A stretch of 64,000 nucleotides of DNA from an uncultured Ruminococcus sp. (GCA_964487775.1 CAZASH010000005.1:25352-89351); one strand, 5' to 3'; shown: positions 47,594-56,935, counted from the stretch's first letter. Made by a program: numbers and translations. Notes: generated by a model not told the origin, from the sequence alone.

Positions 47594-48273
47594 TATTGGC
47601 TATCGATTCGACCGCCGTCGCGGCATCTGTCGCGGTGGCTGACATCAATGACGGCTTTGTAACAGGCCATTCGTCCTTCGTGCTCAAAAACAAGCTCACG
47701 CACAGCGAGACATTGATGCCAATGATAGATTCTGCGCTCAAGGTTTATGGTCGCACTATCTCCGACGTCGAGCTTATCGCCGTCAATGCAGGCCCGGGCT
47801 CTTTCACAGGCGTCCGGATAGGCGTTGCGACCGCCAAGGGACTTGCCGACGGTCTGGGAATAAAATGCGCCTCTGTTTCTACGCTCGACTCGCTGTCACG
47901 CAACGTTGAGGGCTTTAGTGGCATAATCTGTCCGCTGATGGATGCAAGGCGTGGACAGTTCTATAACGCACTCTTCAAGGGTGCAAAAAGGCTTTGCCCC
48001 GACAGGGCGATATCGGCAGAAGAGCTCTCGGCAGAAATCGACAGCATGAGCGGCAGGGTCATCCTCTGCGGCGATGGAGCGCACGTGTTTAAAGAGCTTT
48101 ACAGGGGCAAAAAAAGGCTCGTGCTCGCACCTGCGGTCGCTGTCGACCAAAATGCGCTTTCGACCGCAATATGCGGCTATGAAGCATATAAAAACAATAC
48201 CTGCGTCGACAGTGTCGACCTCAAGCCTGTCTATCTCAGAATGTCACAGGCAGAAAGGATGAGAAACCAATGA
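47587..48273 (+). CDS. tsaB: tRNA t6A37 biosynthesis protein TsaB
   Basis: LILAIDSTA, GPGSFTGVRIGVATAKGLA. Confidence 0.9.
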   Translation: MLILAIDSTAVAASVAVADINDGFVTGHSSFVLKNKLTHSETLMPMIDSALKVYGRTISDVELIAVNAGPGSFTGVRIGVATAKGLADGLGIKCASVSTLDSLSRNVEGFSGIICPLMDARRGQFYNALFKGAKRLCPDRAISAEELSAEIDSMSGRVILCGDGAHVFKELYRGKKRLVLAPAVAVDQNALSTAICGYEAYKNNTCVDSVDLKPVYLRMSQAERMRNQ

Positions 48274-48695
48274 AAATAGCAATAGCGTGCGATCACGGCG
48301 GACTTGACATCAAGAACGCCATTACAGAGCATTTCAGACAAAACGGCATAGACTTTGTCGATTTCGGCACAAATACCCCCGATTCGGTCGATTATCCGCC
48401 TTATGCAAAAGCAGTCAGCAAGGCAATAACCGACGGCGATTGCGAGCTCGGCATACTCTGCTGCGGCACGGGCATCGGCATGTCGATGGTCGCAAACAAG
48501 CAAAAAGGCGTTCGTGCCGCAGTCGTCACCAACGATTTCTGCGCAGAAATGACACGCCGTCATAATAACGCCAATGTTCTTTGCCTCGGCGGCAGAGTCA
48601 TCACCAGCGACGACGCAGTCAGACTCGCCGACATATTCATAAACACACCCTTCGACGGTGGCAGACACCAGAGAAGAGTTGAGATGTATGAGTGA
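48270..48695 (+). CDS. rpiB: Ribose 5-phosphate isomerase B
   Basis: MKIAIACDHGG, ILCCGTGIGMSMVANK, NNANVLCLGGRV. Confidence 0.92.
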   Translation: MKIAIACDHGGLDIKNAITEHFRQNGIDFVDFGTNTPDSVDYPPYAKAVSKAITDGDCELGILCCGTGIGMSMVANKQKGVRAAVVTNDFCAEMTRRHNNANVLCLGGRVITSDDAVRLADIFINTPFDGGRHQRRVEMYE

Positions 48696-48739
48696 CCGAA
48701 AGTGAAAGTCACAGGCAATACCAAAAAGTGAATATGCAG

Positions 48740-48782
48740 GGTGGATTTTCGCTGTATATAGCGAAAATCCACCATTTTTATT
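48740..48782 (+). terminator. Rho-independent terminator after rpiB
   Basis: GGTGGATTTTCGCT - GTATAT - AGCGAAAATCCACC followed by ATTTTTATT. Confidence 0.85.
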
Positions 48783-48822
48783 AAATAGGCAGCACACATA
48801 TTTCGGCATCCTTCGCCCAAAC

Positions 48823-48851
48823 TTGACAAAATGGGCGAAATAGTGTACAAT
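48823..48851 (+). promoter_or_regulatory. Sigma-A type promoter (extended -10) for the NlpC/P60 gene
   Basis: TTGACA (48823-48828), a 17-nt spacer ending in TG, then TACAAT (48846-48851). Confidence 0.65.
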
Positions 48852-48886
48852 AGCGTTTGGCAAATAAAATTCAAGCAGGTTTTTTG

Positions 48887-50296
48887 ATGATAAAATTGAG
48901 CAAATTGCTGTGCATATTGCTTGCGGCAACGTTCCTGTGGCTGTGCGCCCTGACGTGCTTTGCAGAGGATACAAGCAGCAGCAACACCAACAATATAATG
49001 TACAACGGTGCGTCGCAGGTCGACCTCGTGATAGCCTATGCCCGCTCTGAGCTCGGCAGCCGCAAATACAACGGCTATTGCCAGAGGTTTGTGAGGATAT
49101 GCTATGAGGCGGCAGGCCTCGAATCGTCAGAATATGTCGGCTGTGCCAAGGATGCTGCCGACATCTGGCTCGTTTCGACCTCGAGAGACAACATTCCCGT
49201 GGGCGCGGTGCTTTATTTCAACACAGGCGTTTACGGACATTCGGCGATATATTTAGGCAACAACCGCATGATACACGCTCTGACCCGAGTGGTCGAGCAG
49301 GAGATCTCTAACGGCTTTTGGGATCTGTATATCGGCTGGGGCTGGCAGTCGGGCGTCGAACCCACAGGCGCATATATCGATCAGCTCGATGTTTTGACAG
49401 GCGATGTATACCGCACCGACGAGCGCATAGTGCTTTATGATGCGCCGAACGGCAATTCTGTCTCGACGATCTCAGAGGGCAGCGCTGTTTCGGTCAGAAA
49501 CGTGCAGGTCATCGACGGCGAATCGTGGGCGAGAGTCAACTATTATTCCGAGAGCGGCTATGTCAGACTTAAATATTGTACATATCTCTATGCGGCAGGC
49601 GGCGAAACAGAAACCAAATCGATCTGGCAGGATGGCGTCGTTGCTGTCACCATCGACACCCTGCCCGATAAGTATTATTATCTCGAGGGCGAAAGGATCG
49701 ACGCTTCGGGGCTCGGCATCAGATTGCAGTATGCTGATGGCAGCAGCGAGATCGTTGACAAAGGCTATGAAATAATCACGTCGAACGCAACAGGTGTCGG
49801 CAGAGAAACTGTTCTGATCAGGTATCGTGGGGCATTGATGTGGTTTCATATAGTCGTGTGCGACAGCGGCGAGGAGCTTGCGACCTTCAAATTGCGCAGC
49901 GACAGCGCAAAGCGCAGCGACGAGCTCGGTTGCCTCGTGGTCTATGACGACATAAGGGTTTCTCGCATCAGCAAATTGCTCAAGAACGTCGGCAATATGA
50001 CTGTTTATTCGGCTGACGGCGAGCAAAAGAGCAGCGGCAACCTCGCCACAGGCGATTATATTGTTTATGACGGCTCGTCATCGCAGTCGGCGATAATGGT
50101 CATCAGATACGGCGATCTCAACGGCGACGGCACTGTTTCGCTTGCCGATACGATAGGCAAAAAGCGCTTTTTGCAGGGGCTTATGTCGCTCGATGCTCGC
50201 ATTGCCGAATTGGTCGACGACAGCCTTTTGCGTGTCGATCTGCCTTTGATATTCAAAAAGTATGCTCCGTTCGGCACGGTCATGCTGCCTTATTAA
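48887..50296 (+). CDS. Secreted NlpC/P60 family cell-wall peptidase with SH3-like/Ig-like middle domains and a C-terminal dockerin-like module
   Basis: The start was set to the ATG at 48887 (MIKLSKLLCILL signal peptide), because 48857 lies at the predicted TSS. The catalytic pattern is YNGYCQRFV...GHSAIYLGNNRMIHA. The C-terminus has GDLNGDGTVSLAD. Confidence 0.8.
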   Translation: MIKLSKLLCILLAATFLWLCALTCFAEDTSSSNTNNIMYNGASQVDLVIAYARSELGSRKYNGYCQRFVRICYEAAGLESSEYVGCAKDAADIWLVSTSRDNIPVGAVLYFNTGVYGHSAIYLGNNRMIHALTRVVEQEISNGFWDLYIGWGWQSGVEPTGAYIDQLDVLTGDVYRTDERIVLYDAPNGNSVSTISEGSAVSVRNVQVIDGESWARVNYYSESGYVRLKYCTYLYAAGGETETKSIWQDGVVAVTIDTLPDKYYYLEGERIDASGLGIRLQYADGSSEIVDKGYEIITSNATGVGRETVLIRYRGALMWFHIVVCDSGEELATFKLRSDSAKRSDELGCLVVYDDIRVSRISKLLKNVGNMTVYSADGEQKSSGNLATGDYIVYDGSSSQSAIMVIRYGDLNGDGTVSLADTIGKKRFLQGLMSLDARIAELVDDSLLRVDLPLIFKKYAPFGTVMLPY

Positions 50297-50310
50297 ACAC
50301 ATAAAACAAC

Positions 50311-50340
50311 AGGAAGATCTTGCGGATCTTCCTGTTTTTA
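50311..50340. terminator. Bidirectional terminator between convergent genes
   Basis: AGGAAGATC - TTGCG - GATCTTCCT, flanked by an A-tract and GTTTTTA. Confidence 0.85.
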
Positions 50341-50343
50341 TTA

Positions 50344-51441
50344 TTATCCGACCATATCGAGCAGGGCGGTGACAAGGTCGTCGATGCTTTCGAGCCCGGG
50401 CGAAAGCCTCAAAAGGCTTTTGGTTATGCCGAGCTGCGCTTTTTGGGCTTCCGAAAGCGAAGCGTGTGTCTGGCTGTAAGGGTGCGTCACCAGCGAAACA
50501 GTGCCGCCGAGGCTTTCGGCAAAGCGAATTATGCCGTTTGAAGCTATCTTTTGCAGGTCAATGTCCTTTTTGAGCCTGAAGGAGACCACACCGCCGCCGC
50601 TCTTGCTCTGCTTTAGGTTGGTTACGTCGGCGTCGGGGTAAAAGACCTCTGAAACATTCGGGTGGCTTCGGAGAACGTCCGCAAGCGTTTTTGCCGCAAG
50701 ACAGTGCCGTGGCATACGCAGGTGCAGGGTTTCTATTCCTCGCCTGATCAAAAAGCAATCGAAAGGGCTAAGCATATTGCCGCAGGTGCTTGAGATAAGC
50801 GATAGCGCCTCTGCCGTTTGATCGTCGCTTGTGACTAGCAGCCCGCCTGTTGCGTCGTGATGTCCGCAGAGGAATTTGGTCGCCGAATGAATAACGATGT
50901 CCGCTCCGAGCGAAAGCGGCTTTTGCAAAAACGGCGTCATGAATGTGTTGTCGACCGCCAGGATAGCGCCGTTGTAATGGCATATTTCGGCAAGCTTTTG
51001 TATGTCGCAGCACTTGAGCAGCGGATTTGACGGCGTTTCGACCAGCATGAGCCTTGCGCCCTCGACAGCCCTCGCCGCCTCAACCGTGTCGCACGGATCG
51101 ATATAGATAAATTCGATGCCCAGCCCTTGCATTATGCGTTCGGTCAGCCTTATCACGCCGCCGTAGCAGTCATGTGATATGACCGCCCTGTCGCCCGACT
51201 TAAGCAGTAAAAGCAAAGCGTTCACTGCCGCCATACCCGACGAAAAGGCAAAGGCGTGCTTTGCGCCCTCGAGCGCCGCAACAACGCTTTGCAGGCTGTC
51301 ACGTGTTGGATTTTTCAGCCTTGAATAAGAATATTTGCCTCCGCCGTCGAAGGTGGAAGTCAAAAACAGCGGCGGACACACCGCACCGTCATATTTGCCG
51401 CGGCTTTCCGAGACGACGGCAAGAGTTTCAAAATCGAGCAT
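50344..51441 (-). CDS. PLP-dependent trans-sulfuration family enzyme (cystathionine beta-lyase / gamma-synthase-like)
   Basis: YSRLKNPT, and VIHSATKFLCGHHDATGG (PLP lysine), at a length typical of the Cys/Met metabolism PLP family. Confidence 0.85.
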   Translation of the reverse strand: MLDFETLAVVSESRGKYDGAVCPPLFLTSTFDGGGKYSYSRLKNPTRDSLQSVVAALEGAKHAFAFSSGMAAVNALLLLLKSGDRAVISHDCYGGVIRLTERIMQGLGIEFIYIDPCDTVEAARAVEGARLMLVETPSNPLLKCCDIQKLAEICHYNGAILAVDNTFMTPFLQKPLSLGADIVIHSATKFLCGHHDATGGLLVTSDDQTAEALSLISSTCGNMLSPFDCFLIRRGIETLHLRMPRHCLAAKTLADVLRSHPNVSEVFYPDADVTNLKQSKSGGGVVSFRLKKDIDLQKIASNGIIRFAESLGGTVSLVTHPYSQTHASLSEAQKAQLGITKSLLRLSPGLESIDDLVTALLDMVG

Positions 51442-51508
51442 TGCATATACCTCCCACGAAAGTATATGCAGAGAAGGCCGGAAATGAGCGATTGAAAAAA
51501 GGGATAAT

Positions 51509-51890
51509 GCGCCTTTGGCGCAGTGAAGTTATGCCTTTGGCACAGCGAAGCACTGCTTCACTGTCGCTTTAGCGACAACTTAACTGCGCGAAGCGCTTCG
51601 CTTGCGGCTCTACGGCAACTGAAGTTGCCTACAATCCTTCCGTCTTTTGACTCGCTTTTAAAAAAGCTCGCAAAATCCACCTCCCTTTACACAAGGGAGG
51701 CAAGGACTGAACCACAGCGAATGGTGTTCTACAGAGCGTTGGCACGAGTTTTCGCCATTGAGAGCGCTATATAAATTGTTTTTGCTTGCAAAAACTTCCT
51801 TATCTCGGCGAAGCCGAACTTCACGGCGCGACAGCGCTGCTTCACTGTGCGAAGCACTACTTCACTGTCGCGACAGCGACAACTTAACTG
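51509..51890 (-). repeat. Copy B of the hairpin-array repeat, in inverted orientation relative to copy A
   Basis: 51590-51762 is the exact reverse complement of 22134-22306 (173 bp, hand-verified in 10-nt blocks). Flanking hairpin+GTGAAG units are homologous to those of copy A but differ in number. GCGACAACTTAACTG occurs at 51572-51586 and 51876-51890. Confidence 0.85.
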
Positions 51891-51914
51891 TTCTTTGCCT
51901 GCTATGGCGAAAAT

Positions 51915-52688
51915 TTAACGTTTTCTTTTAAATGCGACCGGTGCTATGATTGCCGCTGCTACAGCGTACAGTGCTGTTGTCAAAAGCGAGACCAAAAACT
52001 TTTGGTCGAGGATGAGTGCGGCGGTCTGTCTTGCGACTGTTACGGCAGGATAAAACGGCAGCAGGCGGCAAAATGCTTCAAACTCGCCCATCTGCTCAAG
52101 TGGCATCCATGCGCCGGAAAGCATCGAGCCGCCCGAAATGATTATCGAGCATATGCCGGGTGCTGCCTTGTCGCTGAAAAGCGAGCCGAATATCATGCCG
52201 AGTGCGATATAAAACAGCACAGTTGGCAAAAGCGTTACAAAGCAGAGCGCTATTCCGCCGATCGAGAGATAGTCTGCGCCTATGAAAAGCGCCACTAAAC
52301 ATCCGCACATAAAGCAGACTGCGGTCTGCAAAAGCGCAATAAGCATTCCTGCCGCAGCGTAGCCGATTAAATAGTCTGCCGAGCTGAGCGGCGAGACATA
52401 AAGCCGCGACAGGAGGCTGGTCGAGCGGTCCTTTGACACGAGAAGCGCCATAAAAAGCATTACAAACGTATAAGAGAAGCAGCAGATCGACGGCGTAAGC
52501 GTGGCAAGCTCGAACATCGGCGTCATTCCGCTCGAAAAGTGGTTGATGGCCGCAAACGTGAAGAGCATTATCACGGGAAACGCTATGCAGAATATTGCAG
52601 ACAGAATGTCGCGCGCTATCTCTTTGATACACCTGCCTGCAAAGTACGACGCTTTCGATTTCTTTTTTGTATTAACGGTCATTCCCAA
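51915..52688 (-). CDS. ABC-2 type transporter permease
   Basis: A 257-aa protein with 6 TM segments, overlapping the upstream ATPase gene by 10 nt. Confidence 0.8.
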   Translation of the reverse strand: MGMTVNTKKKSKASYFAGRCIKEIARDILSAIFCIAFPVIMLFTFAAINHFSSGMTPMFELATLTPSICCFSYTFVMLFMALLVSKDRSTSLLSRLYVSPLSSADYLIGYAAAGMLIALLQTAVCFMCGCLVALFIGADYLSIGGIALCFVTLLPTVLFYIALGMIFGSLFSDKAAPGICSIIISGGSMLSGAWMPLEQMGEFEAFCRLLPFYPAVTVARQTAALILDQKFLVSLLTTALYAVAAAIIAPVAFKRKR

Positions 52689-53401
52689 TCACTCTCCTTG
52701 CCGACGAGCGAAACAAACGCATCCTCGACCGAATTTGTGCCTGTCGTATTCATAAGTTCACTTGGTGTTCCGAGCGCTTTGATAACGCCATTTGACATGA
52801 TGGCGATACGATCGGCGAGCGCTTCTGCCTCTTCAAGATAATGAGTTGTCAGCACGACGGTAACGTCGCCGTGCAGATCTCTTATTATCTCCTGAAGTCC
52901 TCTGCGTGCCATAACGTCGACGCCAAGCGTGGGCTCGTCGAGAAACAGCACCCGAGGGTCTGTTATCAGCGCCATGGCGATAGACAGTCGCCTTTGCTGT
53001 CCGCCCGAAAGCTTTGACGAAAGAGTATCTCGCTTGTCGGCAAGATGCATTTTATCGATCATTTCGTCGATGCTGGCGTTCTCTATGCCGTAGATGCCCG
53101 AAATAAACTCAAGGTTTTCTCTCACGGTGAGCTTTGTTGCTACCGAGGTCTCCTGCGGTGAAACGGCGATTAGCGGCTTGATGCGGTCGTATTGCTTTGA
53201 AATGTCCATGCCGAGTATTGATATCCTGCCCTCGGTCGGCTTAGTGAGCCCTGTCAGCATTCGGATGAGCGTCGTCTTGCCTGCGCCGTTCTGCCCGAGC
53301 AAGGCAAACAGTTCGCCCTCGTTTATCTCGAGATCGACATGATCTACCGCTTTAACATCTCCATAGGCTTTGCAAAGACCTTCAGCTGTTATCGCTCTCA
53401 T
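52679..53401 (-). CDS. ABC transporter ATP-binding protein
   Basis: LLGQNGAGKTT, LSGGQQRRLSIAMAL, LFLDEPTLGVD. Confidence 0.92.
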   Translation of the reverse strand: MRAITAEGLCKAYGDVKAVDHVDLEINEGELFALLGQNGAGKTTLIRMLTGLTKPTEGRISILGMDISKQYDRIKPLIAVSPQETSVATKLTVRENLEFISGIYGIENASIDEMIDKMHLADKRDTLSSKLSGGQQRRLSIAMALITDPRVLFLDEPTLGVDVMARRGLQEIIRDLHGDVTVVLTTHYLEEAEALADRIAIMSNGVIKALGTPSELMNTTGTNSVEDAFVSLVGKESDWE

Positions 53402-53600
53402 CGGTATGCTCCTCTCTGAAAAGCCTGTCTGCGGCTTTGTCCATTATGCCGGAAGGCAAAATCGCAATCCCGCGGCGTGTGTCGGCGAGGACTATCAACG
53501 TGTCGCCTGCCGAAATGCCAAATAGATCTCTGACCTCTTTGGGAATAACTATCTGTCCTTTTTCGCCGACCTTGGCGGCACCTGCATATCTTTTTGCCAT
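53382..53600 (-). CDS. AbrB/MazE/SpoVT-type DNA-binding domain protein
   Basis: KVGEKGQIVIPKEVRDLFGISAGDTLIVLAD swapped-hairpin motif. It overlaps the ATPase gene by 20 nt. Confidence 0.75.
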   Translation of the reverse strand: MAKRYAGAAKVGEKGQIVIPKEVRDLFGISAGDTLIVLADTRRGIAILPSGIMDKAADRLFREEHTDESDNS

Positions 53601-53723
53601 TTTTAATACCTCTTTGTGTGTTTTTTGATGCGATGAGTATAATTAGTATGAAAAGTATGATTTGTATAACTGATTATATCACCTAAAATTAATGGCAACA
53701 ATAGTTATTTTAACAGATTTCTA

Positions 53724-53752
53724 TTGACAACTCGGTCTTTAGTTTGTATAAT
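53724..53752 (+). promoter_or_regulatory. Consensus sigma-A promoter for the 992-aa surface protein gene
   Basis: TTGACA (53724-53729), a 17-nt spacer, then TATAAT (53747-53752). Confidence 0.75.
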
Positions 53753-53788
53753 GTAACCATAAACAAATATAATAAAGGAGATATAGCT

Positions 53789-56722
53789 ATGATCAAAAAA
53801 ATCATCGCCGTCATAATGGCAGTTCTGATGGTTGCCGCTCTTTGCGTGACCACGGCTTTTGCCGCTTATGACAAATCAAAGCTCGACTACGGCACAGCTT
53901 CAGGAAAGTACGAAGTCATGCCCGGTGTCAAATACAGTCAGTACTCGGCAACGTCGGGCACAGGCAAGACCAGCTACAAGACGCAGGTCAGCGTTTTGGA
54001 GTTTGATCCTGCCGACTATGTCCCTGTAGTCTACAACGGCTATTCGGGCAGCCTTTCCAAGCTCAGCAACACCTATTCTATCGCCACTCAAAAGGATGGC
54101 TATGAGATCGCGGGCATCATCAACGGCTCGTTCTTCAGCATGTCCGACGGCTGGCTCGTAGAATACTTCATTTCCGACGGCAAGGTCTCGTGCGCTGACA
54201 ACGGCAATGACGCCGAGGTCATAGCGTTCATGTCCGACGGCAAGGCACACGTCGTAAATTCCAAGCTCAACTTTGGACTTTATCTTGACGGCAAGCCTGT
54301 TTCGGGTGGACTTTTCGCCATCAACAAGCATTATCCCAAGACTGCTACCTGGACAGACGGCTTCTATTATTACGATTCCGACTGCGGCAGGGTTGCAGAC
54401 ACCTATGCAGAGCGCGCAGGCTATGAGATCATCTGCGAAAAGCTCGACACCACCGACCTGACAGTCGGCGGCACACTCAAGGGCAAGGTCCTCGAGGTCA
54501 AAAAGAACAGCTCGGGCAGCCAGGTCAGCACCGATGCCAACACCGCAAGCGACAAATTCGTGCTCTTCTGCCTCGCAGACAGCAAATACAAGACCTATGC
54601 AGAGAGCCTCAAGGCAGGCAGCACAGTCGAGATCTCTATCGACGAGACAGTCGAGTCTTCTAAAGAAATAATCAGATCGGCACAGTCGGTCATCGCCAAT
54701 GTCGGCTGGCTCGTCAAGGACGGCGTCGATATGACCGAAAAGTCGACCTACATCGGCACTCACCACGTTGAGACCACCTATGCACAGTGGACCGCTCTCG
54801 GCACAAAGCCCGACGGCACTTATGTTTTCTTCACCTCTGACGCAGGCTCAAGAAACGCAGGCGAATCGCTCGTCCTCAAGGACGTCGCCAAGATCATGAT
54901 CGACCTCGGCTGCAACAACGTTTGGCGTATGGACGGTGGCGGATCGACCTCTATGTACGTCAGCAACACAGGCTCGGGCGCAGCAGGCTATAAGCTTGTT
55001 ACCGAGGACAGATCTGTTGCCGACAGCATCATGATCGTCAAGCGCTCGTCAATGCAAAAGCAAGAATACAAGGACGCTTTGCAGGCTGCCATCACCGCAG
55101 CAGAAAAGACTGTCGGCGACACCACTCCCGACACCGTAAAGCAGTCCATCAAGGACGCAAAGACTGTTCTTAACTCCAAAACCTCTATCAACAGCGACTA
55201 TCTCAAGGCGCTGATGAATCTGCAAAAGACCGCAGGTGGCACTGCAGAGCTCGACGAGCTGCTCAATACCTGCGCATCGCTCAATACCGGCGACTATTGT
55301 CTCGAAGCACTTGAGGAGATCTGGGCAGCATATGCAACAGCACTCAAGGTTCGCGGCAACGCAAACGCTACCGCAAGCGAGATCTCGAGCGCGGTACAGG
55401 CACTCAAGGCGGCTGTCGCTAACAAGGGCACTCTTGAGATCAACGTCGCAGGCGAAAAGGTCACTGACGTCAGCGCAGCAAGAGGCGGCTATAAGGCCGA
55501 CATCTTTGACGGCGTTTCGTCCGGCACGCTTTATGGCAGCGGTACTGTCTGGTACGGCTTCACCAGCGGCGGCTATGTTACCTTCGATCTCGGCGAAAAG
55601 ACAAGCAACCTCAACAGACTTTCGCTCTGCTTCATGCCCGGCAACTCGGGCGACGGCATCGTTTGCCCCAAGTATTTCGCTCTCTCGACGTCCGATGACG
55701 GCAAGACCTGGAAAGAAGTTTCCAAGCTGGACTTCTCTCAGAGCAAATACAGCAAATATCACGAGGCAAGCACCACCGCAACCTATTGGGAGACCTTCGA
55801 CCTCTCGAATGTCAGCGCAAGATACATCAAGCTTTCTATCGAGGGAAGCTGGTCATTCGTCTCTGAAATTGAACTTTATAAGGATTGCAAGCCCGTCGAA
55901 AACTATGTCTATGTCACAGGCTTCGACGCAACCATAGCAGCAGGCAACACCAACATATTCACAGAGGGCTTCAGCGGCTGCAGCAACGGCAAGATCGATG
56001 TTGAAACCGCAAACCTTAAGTGGACGCAGGTCGCTTCGCTTAAGCCTGTCGGCGGCTCGGTCTATGAGGTCGTTTATACCGTTTCTAACCCCTCGACCCT
56101 CAAGACGATCGATATGCCCAAGGGCGGACTGATCATCGCAGCTCATTATGACGATTCCAACAGCGACGCTTCTATTCAGGCAAAGACCAAGGCAAACCGC
56201 GAGCAGCTTGCAAAGCTCAAGGTCGGCGACCAGGTAACGCTCAACGGCGTCGATCCTTATGGCAACAGCCTTATGCCCGGCGGCTTCGTCAGCGTCCGCA
56301 CCAATAAGCTCGCAAGCCCCGACAAGTACGGCACAGTCAACGCAGACGGCAGCCTCGAGATCGATTCCAAGAACCTCAGCGGCGGCAAGGGACTTTCGGC
56401 AACGGCTGTCTCGGCATACTATGGCTCCGGAACAACTATCGTCGATAAAGACGGCAAGGCGCTTACAGGCTCGGCAGTCGTCGGCACAGGCGCAGTCATC
56501 ACAAGCGGCGACGTTTCGATCACCGTTATCGTCAAGGGCGACGTCAACGGCGACGGCAAGGTCGACCTCAAGGACGCAACCGCTATCAAGCGCGACATCC
56601 AAAAAACCACTGAGCTCGAGGGCATCTATAAAGAGGCAGGCCTGCTTAGCGGATATGAGAAGATCAAGATGATCGACTATACCAAGATCAGACGCTTCAT
56701 CCAGTTCGGCACTAACTATTGA
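53789..56722 (+). CDS. Large secreted protein: phosphodiester glycosidase (NAGPA/DUF2233-like) domain, helical linker, F5/8 type C-like domain, beta-rich region, and a C-terminal dockerin-like module
   Basis: The start was moved to the ATG at 53789 after AAAGGAG (MIKKIIAVIMAVLMVAAL signal peptide). LGCNNVWRMDGGGSTSMY resembles the phosphodiester glycosidase core. ARYIKLSIEGSWSFVSEIELY is discoidin-like. The C-terminus has GDVNGDGKVDLKDATAIKRDI. Confidence 0.75.
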   Translation: MIKKIIAVIMAVLMVAALCVTTAFAAYDKSKLDYGTASGKYEVMPGVKYSQYSATSGTGKTSYKTQVSVLEFDPADYVPVVYNGYSGSLSKLSNTYSIATQKDGYEIAGIINGSFFSMSDGWLVEYFISDGKVSCADNGNDAEVIAFMSDGKAHVVNSKLNFGLYLDGKPVSGGLFAINKHYPKTATWTDGFYYYDSDCGRVADTYAERAGYEIICEKLDTTDLTVGGTLKGKVLEVKKNSSGSQVSTDANTASDKFVLFCLADSKYKTYAESLKAGSTVEISIDETVESSKEIIRSAQSVIANVGWLVKDGVDMTEKSTYIGTHHVETTYAQWTALGTKPDGTYVFFTSDAGSRNAGESLVLKDVAKIMIDLGCNNVWRMDGGGSTSMYVSNTGSGAAGYKLVTEDRSVADSIMIVKRSSMQKQEYKDALQAAITAAEKTVGDTTPDTVKQSIKDAKTVLNSKTSINSDYLKALMNLQKTAGGTAELDELLNTCASLNTGDYCLEALEEIWAAYATALKVRGNANATASEISSAVQALKAAVANKGTLEINVAGEKVTDVSAARGGYKADIFDGVSSGTLYGSGTVWYGFTSGGYVTFDLGEKTSNLNRLSLCFMPGNSGDGIVCPKYFALSTSDDGKTWKEVSKLDFSQSKYSKYHEASTTATYWETFDLSNVSARYIKLSIEGSWSFVSEIELYKDCKPVENYVYVTGFDATIAAGNTNIFTEGFSGCSNGKIDVETANLKWTQVASLKPVGGSVYEVVYTVSNPSTLKTIDMPKGGLIIAAHYDDSNSDASIQAKTKANREQLAKLKVGDQVTLNGVDPYGNSLMPGGFVSVRTNKLASPDKYGTVNADGSLEIDSKNLSGGKGLSATAVSAYYGSGTTIVDKDGKALTGSAVVGTGAVITSGDVSITVIVKGDVNGDGKVDLKDATAIKRDIQKTTELEGIYKEAGLLSGYEKIKMIDYTKIRRFIQFGTNY

Positions 56723-56740
56723 TCTTTAATAAATATCAGC

Positions 56741-56768
56741 AAAAAAGAGACCGCGAGGTCTCTTTTTT
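56741..56768. terminator. Rho-independent terminator (A-tract upstream, so potentially bidirectional)
   Basis: AAAAAAGAGACC - GCGA - GGTCTCTTTTTT. Confidence 0.85.
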
Positions 56769-56774
56769 GTCGCT

Positions 56775-56843
56775 TCGCCAACCGTCGGAAAAAATTCTCG
56801 CCAACCGTCGGAAAAATATCTCGCCAATCGTCGGAAAAATATT
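56775..56843 (+). repeat. Three tandem 23-bp direct repeats upstream of sigK
   Basis: TCGCCAACCGTCGGAAAAAATTC / TCGCCAACCGTCGGAAAAATATC / TCGCCAATCGTCGGAAAAATATT, contiguous, followed by a partial TTCGGCG. Confidence 0.9.
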
Positions 56844-56875
56844 TTCGGCGTGTTCTTTCCCCCAAGAACCTCATT

Positions 56876-56906
56876 GTAATATCGTTCTGCGGGGCGGCAT
56901 AATCTA
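56876..56906 (+). promoter_or_regulatory. Possible mother-cell (sigma-E/sigma-K type) promoter of sigK
   Basis: GTAATATC, 14 nt, then CATAATCTA. The -10 fits the sigma-K-type CATAnnnTA and partly fits the sigma-E CATACAmT consensus, both recalled from B. subtilis. This is weak pattern matching only. Confidence 0.3.
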
Positions 56907-56935
56907 TACCACTTTGTATTTTGGGGGAATATGCC

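Noticed and set aside
51523-51774. An 83-aa ORF inside repeat copy B, and the 75-aa ORF 9968..10195 inside the tdk-queT element.
   Set aside because: Both lie within hairpin-rich repeats and have no RBS. The reading frame is not preserved between repeat copies A and B (indels in the flanks), so coding is unlikely.
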